A DNA stretch of 64,000 nt from Macrostomum lignano (lineage: Eukaryota): assembly GCA_002269645.1 (NCBI GenBank), contig NIVC01001829.1:1-64000 (forward strand), written 5' to 3'. A model generated the notes under the pieces. The model had not been told where the DNA came from. It searched no databases and worked only from the letters and a program-made list of their open reading frames with translations. This document shows positions 37,661 to 48,900 of the stretch, piece after piece (positions within the stretch are counted from its first letter, which is position 1; every line of letters starts with the position of its first letter). The translations under genes were made by a program, and so were the position numbers.

Positions 37661-40600
37661 GTTTCGCGGAGATAATTTATGATTGATTTCTGTTTTATGG
37701 AGACCATTTTGATGGATTTAAGTTTCAAGGAGAGGATTTCGAAGGAGTCCAGTTTCACGGAGATGATTTCGATGGTTTTCAGTTGCACGGACAGGATTTC
37801 TGCTTCGCGGAGAGGATCTTGATGGATTTGGCATCTTCAATCAGTCAGAGAAGAGAGTAAAGAGAAGAATGAAAAGAGAAGAGAGATGAGATGATAGAAA
37901 ACAGAGTAGAAATGAGTGGAGAGATTAGACATGACAGATGGGAGAGAAGAGGGGAGTAAGGCGGGAACAAAGGAGAGAGAAGAGAAGAGGAGAGAGGAGA
38001 TGAAGGGAGAGGATATGAGAGAGGAGATATGAGATAGCAGAGAGGAGACAGGAGAGAAAAGAAAGGAGGGATAAGAGCGTACAGAGGCAATAGAAGAGAG
38101 GCAAGAGAGGAGAGAGGTGAGAGAAGAGAGATGAAAGATCAGAGATAAGAGATTTAAGAGAAGAAAGTAGTGAGGAGAGGAGAGATAAGAGATGCGATGA
38201 GAAAAGAGATGAGTGAGAACATAAGAGAGAAGAAATTAGAGATTAGAGAAGAGCGGGGAGAAGATGAAAGGAGCAGGGAGAGGAGAAAAGAGAGAATGGA
38301 GAGGATAGAAAAGAGAGAAGAGAAGAGACACGGGATAGGGAAAGGAGGAAAGAAAGATGGGAGACAAGAAAGTAGAGTGTGAGAGCGTATATGAGATATG
38401 AGAAATGAGAGCAGAGAGAAGAAAAAAGAGAAGAGAGAAAGGGTTAAGAGAGACGATAGATAAGTGAGTAGAGATGACATATGAGAGAGGAGAGAAGAGG
38501 GAGAGATAAGAGAGAAGAGACGGGACAAGAGACAGGAGAGGGTACAGACGAAAGACGAGGGAGAAGAGATAAATAAGGGAGTAGGGGTAGAGATGAGATG
38601 AGAGAGAGGAGAGAGAAGAGAGTCAAGAGAGGGAGAAAAGTTTTGTAAAGGTCTTTGAAAAGGTCTTTGAAAAGTTTTGTAAAGAATTTGGAGACCATTT
38701 GGAAGATAGGGTTCAAATTATGGAATTTCAGTTGATGGATATTTCAGGGAATGGAATTCCGGTGATGGGAGTTCTTCCCCTTTCTCCTCCGAAGGAGGAG
38801 TTCCACTTATATACTAAAGTTGACGTGTTTTTTGTCTGTCTGTCTGTGTGTGTGTGTGTGTCATTTCGACAACTCCTCCTTGAATAGTGGCAACTCAGCG
38901 TTGAAACTTATATGGGAAGATTGGAAATTATCCGAGGTCGGCTATAGGCTATATTAATTTTGAAATTTTAATTTCTAAGATCCTCAAAAAAGCATAAAAC
39001 GGCGGTCTTGACCTTTGATAATCTTAATTGTCCCCTCTTTCTGCTTGGAGCTGAAAATTTGCATGAATTTCAAGTGATTGCGCCACAACTTTTCCCTATC
39101 TCTGCAGTGTATTTTCTCTCCAGTGGGGGGATGGGGCGTTCTAAATGGCTGCCTGTGTACAATCGGACCCTGGCTCACTGGCTGACTGTATAGACAATTG
39201 CGCAAAGATTTGTGTTCTAATTTTCAATAGGCAGCCCTGTGATTTTGTTGAACCTTGAAATTCAATGCATAAACTTGCGGGCCTCTTTAGCAGGCAGTGA
39301 ACGTACAATCGATATTTCAATGCTTTAAATCAGAAAGTTTCAAACGCAAACTGTTGCTCGAGTTTTTAACTTTGAGAGAAAAAATTTATATTGCTGGAAA
39401 GAACTTGCAAAGCTGATTTCAGGGATATAAATTGTTTGCTTCAAATATGAAAACTAAAAGCTCTGCATTGCAAAAACTATTTCCATACTTTAAACTTTCT
39501 GCAAAGATTGTACTCATTTTGGCGAGAGGTGAGAGATAAAGTTGGGGGTTTCGACTTCTAACTGGCGCTGTGTATAGGAAGGGGGTCAGTTGCTTTGTAT
39601 TGGAGGGTTGATTAGATTGCGCAAACTTTTTGTTAACTTTAACTGAGACTTATACTGACTAACACAGAAATATATTGCGCAATCAATTGATTCAATTGGT
39701 TCACTTTTTTATTATCGGCCCTGTGTATTAGCTTGGCAGTGAAATTCAATGTACAAAATTGCGAGCCTCTCAGGCAAGCAGTCGGGAAATTGGGAAATTA
39801 GAAACGGCAACTGTTCCACGAGTTTTAAACTTTAAGAGAAGAGACTTATATTGCTGGAAAGAGCTTGCAACGCTGAGTTCGGGGGTATAAGTTTCTTGCT
39901 TTAATCATGAAAACAAAAAGCACAGCATTTAAAAAACTATTTGCATACTTTTAACTTTGCAAAAATTGTACTCAGTTTTGCGAGACGAATAGATAAAGTT
40001 GGGGGGAGGGTTCAACTTCTCACTGCTGCTTTGTATTGGAGGGTTGATTTAGATTGCGCAATGTTTTTGTTAACTTTAACTGAGACTGATACTGACTGAC
40101 TGTGAAATCGGTTGCGCAGTGAATTGATTCAATTAGTTCAATATTTTTATCAGTGCCTTTTAACACGAAGCTGTGCGTAGTTCTAACCCTAACCCTAACC
40201 CTAACCAATGAATCCGGAGAGTTGAGTTGTTTGACGGAAAAATTTTGATTGAGTCCAGTTTAGCGGAGACGATTTCAATGTTTTAATTTTGACGGAGAGG
40301 ATTTCTGTTTCGTGGAGAGGATTTCGATGGTGTTCAGTTTCACGGAGAGGATTTCGATGATGTTCAGCTTCACGGAGAGGATTTCTGTTTCGCGGAGATA
40401 ATTTATGATTGATTTCTGTTTTATGGAGACAATTTTGATGAATTTAAGTTTCAATGAGAGGATTTCGAAGGAGTCCAGTTTCACGGAGAGGATTTCGATG
40501 GTTTTCAGTTGCACGGACAGGATTTCTGCTTCGCGGAGAGGATCTTGATGGATTTGGCATCTTCAATCAGTCAGAGAAGAGAGTAAAGAGAAGAATGAAA

Positions 40601-43600
40601 AGAGAAGAGAGATGAGATGATAGAAAACAGAGTAGAAATGAGTGGAGAGATTAGACATGACAGATGGGAGAGAAGAGGGGAGTAAGGCGGGAACGAAGGA
40701 GAGAGAAGAGAAGAGAAGAGAGGAGATGAAGGGAGAGGATATGAGAGAGGAGATATGAGATAGCAGAGAGGAGACAGGAGAGAGAAGAAAGGAGGGATAA
40801 GAGCGTACAGAGGCAATAGAAGAGAGGAAAGAGAGGAGAGAGGTGAGAGGTGAGAGGAGAGAGATGAAAGATCGGAGATCAGAGATTTAAGAGAAGAAAG
40901 TAGTGAGGAGAAAGAAGAGGGTAAAGATGAGAGTGCAGAGAGGAGAGAAACGTGAGGAGACAGGTGGTAGAAAGGAGTGTAAAAAACAGGAGATAAGAAA
41001 GGAGAGGGTGAGAGTGAGAGCATATAGGAAAGTGTAAAAGGGGAGCAGAGGAGAGAGAATAGATAAGTGGGAGAGAATGAGATATGAGAGAGGAGACAGG
41101 AGAGAGTAAATTTGAAAGACCTGGGAGAAGAGATAAATAAGATAGTACAGATGAGAGGAGAGAGATGAGAGATGAGAGATGCAAATAGAAAAGAGATAAG
41201 TGAGAAAAGAGAGAGAGAGATTTGAGAAGAGAGGGGAGAAGATGAGAGGAGAAAGGAAAGGAGAGGAGAATGGAGAGGAGAGAAAAGAGAGGTGACAAGA
41301 GACGGTAGTAAGGAGGGCAGAAAGATGGAAGATAAGAAAGGAGAGGGTGATATGAAAGATATGAGATATGAGAATGAGAGCAGAGACATGAGAGTCCGAG
41401 TCTGGACAATGCCAGTGAGTTTTTGCAAATAGGGAAAACAAGATATCCGGTAATTGAAATGCATTGTAGAGGATTTGGAGATGATTTGGATGATGGGATT
41501 CAAGTCATGGAATTTCAGCTGATGGGAGTTCTTCCCCTTCAGAATTCCGGTGATGGGAGTTCTTCCCCTTTCTCCTCCAGAGGAGGAGTTCCACTCGTCT
41601 ATATATACTAAAGTTGACGCGTTGTTTGTCTGTCTGTCTGTCTGTCTGTGTGTCTGTCATTTCGACAACTCCTCCTTGAATAGTGGCAACTCAGCGTTGA
41701 AACTTATATGGGAAGATTGGAAATTATCCGAGGTCGGCTATAGGCTATTTTAATTCTGAAATTTTAATTTCTAAAATCCTCAAAAAAGCAGAAAACGGCG
41801 GTCTTGACCTTTGATAATCTTAATTGTCCCCTCTTTCTGCTTGGAGCTGAAAATTTGCATGAATTTCAAGTGATTGCGCCACAACTTTTCCCTATCTCTG
41901 CAGTGTATTTTCTCTCCAGTGGGGGGATGGGGCGTTCTAAATGGCTGCCTGTGTACAATCGGACCCTGGCTCACTGGCTGACTGTATAGACAATTGCGCA
42001 AATATTTGTGTTCTAATTTTTAATAGGCAGCCCTGTGATTTTGTTGAACCTTGAAATTCAATGCATAAACTTGCGGGCCTCTTTAGCAGGCAGTGAACGT
42101 ACAATCGATATTTCAATGCTTTAAATCAGAAAGTTTCAAACGCAAACTGTTGCTCGAGTTTTTAACTTTGAGAGAAAAAATTTATATTGCTGGAAAGAAC
42201 TTGCAAAGCTGATTTCAGGGATATAAATTGTTTGCTTCAAATATGAAAACTAAAAGCTCTGCATTGCAAAAACTATTTCCATACTTTAAACTTTCTGCAA
42301 AGATTGTACTCATTTTGGCGAGAGGTGAGAGATAAAGTTGGGGGTTTCGACTTCTAACTCGCGCTGTGTATAGGAAGGGGGTCAGTTGCTTTGTATTGGA
42401 GGGTTGATTTAGATTGCGCAATGTTTTTGTTAACTTTAACTGAGACTGATACTGACTGACTGTGAAATCGGTTGCGCAATGAATTGATTCAATTAGTTCA
42501 ATAGTTTATCAGTGCCTTTTAACACGAAGCTGTGCGTAGTTCTAACCCTAACCCTAACCCTAACCAATGAATCCGGAGAGTTGAGTTGTTTGACGGAAAA
42601 AAATTGATTGAGTCCAGTTTAGCGGAGACGATTTCAATGTTTTAATTTTGACGGAGAGGATTTCTGTTTCGTGGAGAGGATTTCGATGGTGCTCAGTTTC
42701 ACGGAGAGGATTTTGATGATGTTCAGCTTCACGGAGAGGATTTCTGTTTCGCGGAGTTAAATTTATGATTGATTTCTGCTTTATGGAGACGATTTTGATA
42801 GATTTAAGTTTCAAGGAGAGGATTTCGAAGGTGTTCAGTTTCACGGAGAGGATTTCGAAGGTGTTCAGTTTCACGGAGAGGATTTCGATGATGTTCAGCT
42901 TCACGGAGAGGATTTCTGTTTCGCGGAGATAATTTATGATTGATTTATGTTTTATGGAAACGATTTTGATGGATTTAAGTTTCAATGAGAGGATTTCGAA
43001 GGAGTCCAGTTTCATGGAGAGGATTTCGATGGTTTTCAGTTGCACGGACAGGATTTTTCTGCTTCGCGGAGAGGATTTTGATGGATTTGGCATCTTAAAT
43101 CAGTCAGAGAAGAGAGTAAAGAGAAGAATGAAAAGAGAAGAGATATGAGATGAGATGATAGAAAACAGAGTAGAAATGAGACGAGAGATTAGACATGACA
43201 GATGGGAAAGAAGAGGGGAGTAAGGCGGGAACGAAGGAGAGAGAAGAGAAGAGGAGAGAGGAGACGAAAGGGGAGATATGAGATAGCAGAGGGAGACAAG
43301 AGAGATGATAGGAGAGAGAATAGAGATGAGGGATAAGAGCGTACAGAGGTAATAGAAAAGAGGGGAGAGTAGAGGAGAAAGAAGGAGTGAGATGAGGGAT
43401 GAGAGATAAGAGAGGAGGGGAGAGAGAAGAGAGGAGAAAAGAGGGGAGAAATGAGACAGGAGAGAGTAGAGACGAAAGACCAGGGAGAAGATATAAATAA
43501 GGTAGTATAGATGAGAGGAGAGAGAGGAGAGAGAGAAGCGAGAGGAGAAGAGAGAGAGGAGAGAGGAAAGAGATGAAAGATCAGAGATAAGAGAGTTAAG

Positions 43601-45976
43601 AGAAGGAAAGTAATGAGGAGAGGAGAGATGAGAGATGCGATAAAAAGAGATGAGTGAGAACATAAGAGAGAAGAGATTAGAGATTAGAGAAGAGAGGGGA
43701 GAAGATGAAAGGAGAAAGGAGAGGAGAGAAGAGAGAATGGAGAGGATAGAAAAGAGAGAAGGGAAGAGACAGGGGATAGTGGTAAGGAGGAAAGAAAGAT
43801 GGGAGACAAGAAAGTAGAGTGTGAGAGCGTATATGAGATATGAGAAATGAGAAGCAGATAGGAGAGAAAAGAGAAGAGAGAGAGGGTTAAGAGAGACGAT
43901 AGATAAGTAAGGAGAGATGACATATGAGAGAGGAGAGAAGAGGGAGAGATAAGAGAGAAGAGAGGAGACAAGAGACAGGAGAGGGTACAAACGAAAGACG
44001 AGGGAGAAGAGATAAATAAGGGAGTAGGGGCAGAGATGAGATGAGAGAGAGGAGAGAGAAGAGAGTCACGATAATAGCGAATAGAGGAGAGAGGAGATAT
44101 GAGAGACGTGAGAGTCTTTGAGCTATGGTCTTTGAAAGGTTTTGTAAAGAATTTGGAGACGATCTGGAAGATAGGGTTCAAGACATGGAATTTCAGTTGA
44201 TGGATATTTCAGGGAATGGAATTCCGGTGATGGGAGTTCTTCCCCTTTCTCCTCCGAAGGAAATGATTGTTGTTTGTTTGTTTGTCTGCTCGATAACTCC
44301 TCCTAAACTACTTGAAAGTCAGCGTTGAAACTTATATGGGAAAACTGCAAATTTTCCGGGTCAGGCTATAGGCTACTTTAATCTTTCATTTTTACATTTT
44401 AAGATCCCTAAAAAAGCAGAAATCGTAGAACAATAGGGGAATATGCCCATCTTGCGTAATTTGCAACGATTGCGCCACAACAGCTGGCCTATCTGTGCAG
44501 TGTATTTTTCAGCTGAAGGTGGTGTAGCTGTGCCAACTGACATAAATTTTCAGCGATTGCGCCACAACTTTTTCCTATCTCTGCAGTGTATTTTCTCTCC
44601 ACTGGGGGGATAGTGTATTTTCTCTCCACTGGGGGGATAGGAGCGTTCTCAGTGGCGGCGTGTGTACACTTGCACCCTAGCAAACTGGCTGGCAGTGAAA
44701 TTCAATGCATCAACTTGCGAGCCTCTCACTGTAGCAGGCAGTGAATGTACTGCTGTGCTTTGAACTGATTTGAACTGAACTGAACTGAACTGAACTGAAC
44801 TGAACTTGAACTGAACTGAAATGATTCGAACTGGGAAATTTCAAAAGCAAACTGATCCTCGAGTTTTGAACTTTGAGAGAAGAGACTTATATTGCTGGAA
44901 AGATCTTGCAACGCTGAGTTCGGGGTTATAAGTTGTTTACTTTAAATATCACAATTAAAAGCACAGCAGTTAAAAAACGATTTTCATACTTTTTACTTTG
45001 TTTAAAGATTGTGCTCATTTTTGCGAGATGTAGTAGATAAAGTTCGGGGGTTCAATTTTTAATTTAATTGCTCAGGGTGCTTTAGTGGGGGGTGCGGTCG
45101 CTGTGTATTGGAGGGTTGATTTAGAGTGCCCGATAATTTTAATTGAGACTCTTACTGACTGACTGAGAAATGGATTGCGCAACCAATTAGTTTTATTATC
45201 TCTGCCTATCAAAGTTTCAATAGGCTGCCCTGTGTAGTTTTGGACATTGAAATTCAATGCAGTGAACGTGAACGTGAACGTGAACGTGAGCAGGCAGTGA
45301 ACGTACACTCGATATTTCAGTGCTTTAAATCAGAAAGTTTCAAACGCTAACCGTTGCTTGATTTTTGAACTTTGAGAGAAGAGACTTATATTGCTGGAAT
45401 GATCTTTTAACGCTGAGTTCGGGGATGTAAATTGCTTATTTGGGGGTTGATTAGATTACGCGGTCATTCTATTAACTTTTAACCGAGACTGATACTGACT
45501 GACAGAGAAATCGGTTGCGCAATCAATTGATTCATTTGGTTCAATGTTTTATCATATTACCATGCTAACCTTATTTTTAACTTTAGAGATAAAAAACGTG
45601 GGGGTTGCGTTCGCACATTCAAGCCAGCTATCAGTTGAGTGTATTGGAGAGGTGGGTGACAAATTTCAATTGAATCTTTTATCGGCGCCTTCAGTCAGTC
45701 AGCCGCTTGCATTGGCTTGGCAGCTCATAAGCTGCATGTACATTATTTTAATTCTTTTAGTGTACACGAAAACCGTGTACACTGGGGCCCATACTTTATA
45801 ATAACTTAATTTCAATGGATTCATTTCAATTCAGTTTTGTTTTCTACCATATCATAAGAGATTTCTCAAAACTGACGATTTTTCTGTTTGCTTAGCTTTA
45901 CTTATTTTTTGCTACTTGCCACATTCTAAATTTCATTTCTTATATTTATTCATCAATATATTATTTATTTGTTCAA

Positions 45977-48900
45977 ATGCCGAAACGCGGCAGAGGTAAC
46001 CTGTCCCGGTCTACACGCGCTGCATCGCAAGCCAAGAAGCGCAGGGCGTCGGAGACACCCGATGAGCGTGCAGCGCGCATTGAGCGGGACCGGCAGCATA
46101 GGGCCGATAGCCGCGAGGCTGAAGACGAAGTGCATCGCCAGCATCGCCATGAAACGACTCGACTACGTACAGCCGAAAGTCGTGACGCTGAAGCCGAAGT
46201 CGAGCGCCAGCATCGCCTGAAGGCGCAGCGGCAACGCACAGCCGAAGCCCGTGAAGCCGAGGACGAGGCGGTCCATCAGCATCGTCTGGAGGCGCAGCGG
46301 CAGCGCCAGAGCCAGAATCGCGCGGCTGAGTCCGCGGACGACCGCGACCACCGTCTGCACACACAAGCAGAAAGGCGCCGAGACAGGTAAGGGTTCTTAT
46401 ATATTTTATTCTGCTATTCTTATGTGTGCTGCTCATTTTTTGAGGTTATTAAACTTTCAGCATGTAGAACTGGACAGGATTATTCAAGGATAAGTGATGA
46501 TTAAAATACTCTTTCTTTCATTGCTACAGACTGCTGGAGCTGGTCCATCAGCCACATGTGCTCGGTCGCATGGACAGCCAATGCCCGCACTGCAGCGCGC
46601 TACGCTGGAAAGACGAGCCAGCGAGCATTTGCTGCCATGCTGGAAAGGTAAGTTGACATTTTTGTTTTAGTTTACTTCAATTGCAGCCTCATTGATGCTT
46701 TTTATGCTGATCACTGTATAAAATGAATATTGTATAAAACCTTTGACCCACCAAAGGAGTCATAGACAATTGCGTGATTTGCTGCAGCCCGTCTCCGCAT
46801 AAAAGCTAATTGAGCTTTTTTTCATTCCACTGACAGACCGTCCTGGAGCCGCGCCGTAATCCGCCCGATGTCCTGAAGCGACTACTGACTGGCGAGCATC
46901 CGGACAGCTCTCAGTTCCTGAAGGACATCAGGAAGTATAACGGCGCACTCCATATGACCTCGCTTGGTTCCAGGCAGCATCAGCAGCCCGGGTGGAACCC
47001 GAGCTTCATCCTCCATGGTCAGATGCACCATCGGATCGGCAGCCTGTTGCCGAAGCTGGGGGATGCGGCCAGGTTCTGCCAGGTCTTCTTTGTGGACCAA
47101 GAGCTGCAGAACAGACTGCAATGGACAGCAGGTCTAAGCGAAGCTTTGCTGCAGGAGTTGCAAGCTGTTCTGCATGACTGCAACAGCTACGTGCGCAGCC
47201 TGAAGTCCGCAGTCGACTTGCTGCGCAGCGACCCGCAGCTGCAGAGCGCCAGGGTCATCAACCCCGATGCCCGCCCATCTGGGGAGCATGTCCGACGCTT
47301 CAACTTGCCTGAGTGCAGTGAGGTCGGCATCCTGACGGACCTTGGCGATGCTGATGGCGTAGTTCAGGCGCAATGGTGGTGGTTTGAGAGGTCTTGCGTC
47401 TGAGAGGTGGTGGTAAGTACTTTAAGCGCCTTAAAGGACTTCAACTTTGGGTTTCATTGTGAAGTTAAGATAATAAGATAACGTTTTAGGCTATTCAGGT
47501 GTACCTTTTTCTTGCTTTTGGACTGTAGTTTCAAATAAATTGCCCAACCGCATCCACAGGCCTCCAGGAGATCTCTGAGACCCATCGCTCCTACGATCCG
47601 TTGGAGTACGTGCTGCTGCTTCCGTACGGCGAGGACGGCTGGAACATTGGGCTCAAGAAGGATCGAGGCATCACCATGATGAAGTACTACGCCTACTTGA
47701 TCCAGGTGCGACCAGGCCAGTTTAACAGCCTGCTGTACGGTCGCCGGCTCTTCCAGCAGTACCTGGTGGACCAGGCTGCCAAGATTGAGTCCGAGCGACT
47801 TACGTACATCCGGCAGCACCAAACGGATCTGGTGTCTGAAAGTCTTCGGAGTCTCCGCGATGCGCTGCACGAGGACGACGGCAGGCCAGAGGAAGTCGGG
47901 AAGCGTGTCATTCTTACTTCCAGCTACGTGGGAGGTCCACGGTACCGTCTGGAGCGTCAGCAGGATGCCATGGCGTATGTTCACGCCTTTGGCCGCCCAG
48001 ACCTGTTTCTGACGATGACATGCAACCCGAAGTGGCCGGAAATTCTGGCCGAGCTGCTTCCAGGCCAGACTGCCGTCGATCGGCCGGACATCACCGCCCG
48101 GGTGTTCGAGCTGAAGAAGAAGGCCTTCCTCAACAGACTGAAGAGTCTGTCTGGAGATACTCTGGCTCGAGTCTGCTCGCTGGAGTACCAGAAGCGAGGC
48201 AAGTGTACTTTCAAGCTTTAGACTGTAGCATTATCTGTCGCCTCAAACATTTTGTTAATTTCAAAAAAATTAATTTTATCCACTTCCAGGTCTTCCCCAC
48301 GTGCACGCGCTGCTGTGGCTGGCGAACAAGCTGAAGCCGGATCAGTACGACGCCGTCATCAGCGCGGAGATCCCGGACCCTGTCGCCGACGCCGACCTGC
48401 ATCAGCTGGTGGCGGAGAACATGCTGCACGGTCCCTGTGGACAGCAGCTCAACTCTGCCGCGGCGTGCATGGAGAAAGGCAAGTGCAGCAAGCGCTACCC
48501 GAGGGAGTTCCTGGCCGCCACGAAGGTCGAAGAGGATGGCTACCCGCATTACTGCCGCAGATTCGTCGAGATGGGCGGCTTCACGGTGACGAAGCTCGCA
48601 AAGCTGCGCGGCAGTCAGAGGGTGATGTTCACCTTTGACAACCGCTGGGTGGTGCCGTACTGCCCAGCGCTGCTGCGCGAGTTTCGCTGTCACCTGAATG
48701 TCGAGATCTGCGCGACAGTTCGGGCCATCAAGTACGTGGTGAAGTACATCACCAAGGGTAGCGACATGGCAGCATACCAGATCCGTAAGGAGTCGGCGGC
48801 TGCTGCGAATGCCAGCGCTGATTCGGCCACTGAAGGACCACTGGCGATCGCCGGTCCGTCCACGTCGACTGAAACTGCTGCTGCTGCTGCGACTGCGACT

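Larger units (their letters stand above)
25243..44260 (+). mobile_element. Head-to-tail tandem array of eight non-autonomous Helitron units
   Basis: Units: 25243-27501, 27502-29724, 29725-32191, 32192-33670, 33671-36234, 36235-38807, 38808-41597, 41598-44260. Each starts (TC)TATATACTAAAGTTG (TAAATACTAAAG in unit 4) plus a (GTCT)n-like microsatellite and ends ...CTCCTCC(GAA/AGA)GGAGGAGTT(C/T)CACTCG or a truncation of it. Confidence 0.88.

Noticed and set aside
26165-42565. True chromosome end or telomerase healing site
   Set aside because: The blocks are under 45 bp, internal, and embedded at the same position in each repeat unit
26625-44181. Many long Ser/Leu/Phe-rich minus-strand and Arg/Glu-rich plus-strand ORFs
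   Set aside because: Artefacts of the purine/pyrimidine tracts, which lack stop codons by composition; no domains
25243-44260. Regularly spaced repeats as a CRISPR array or prokaryotic system
   Set aside because: Units are kilobases long and homologous throughout, there are no unique spacers or cas genes, and the context is eukaryotic with introns
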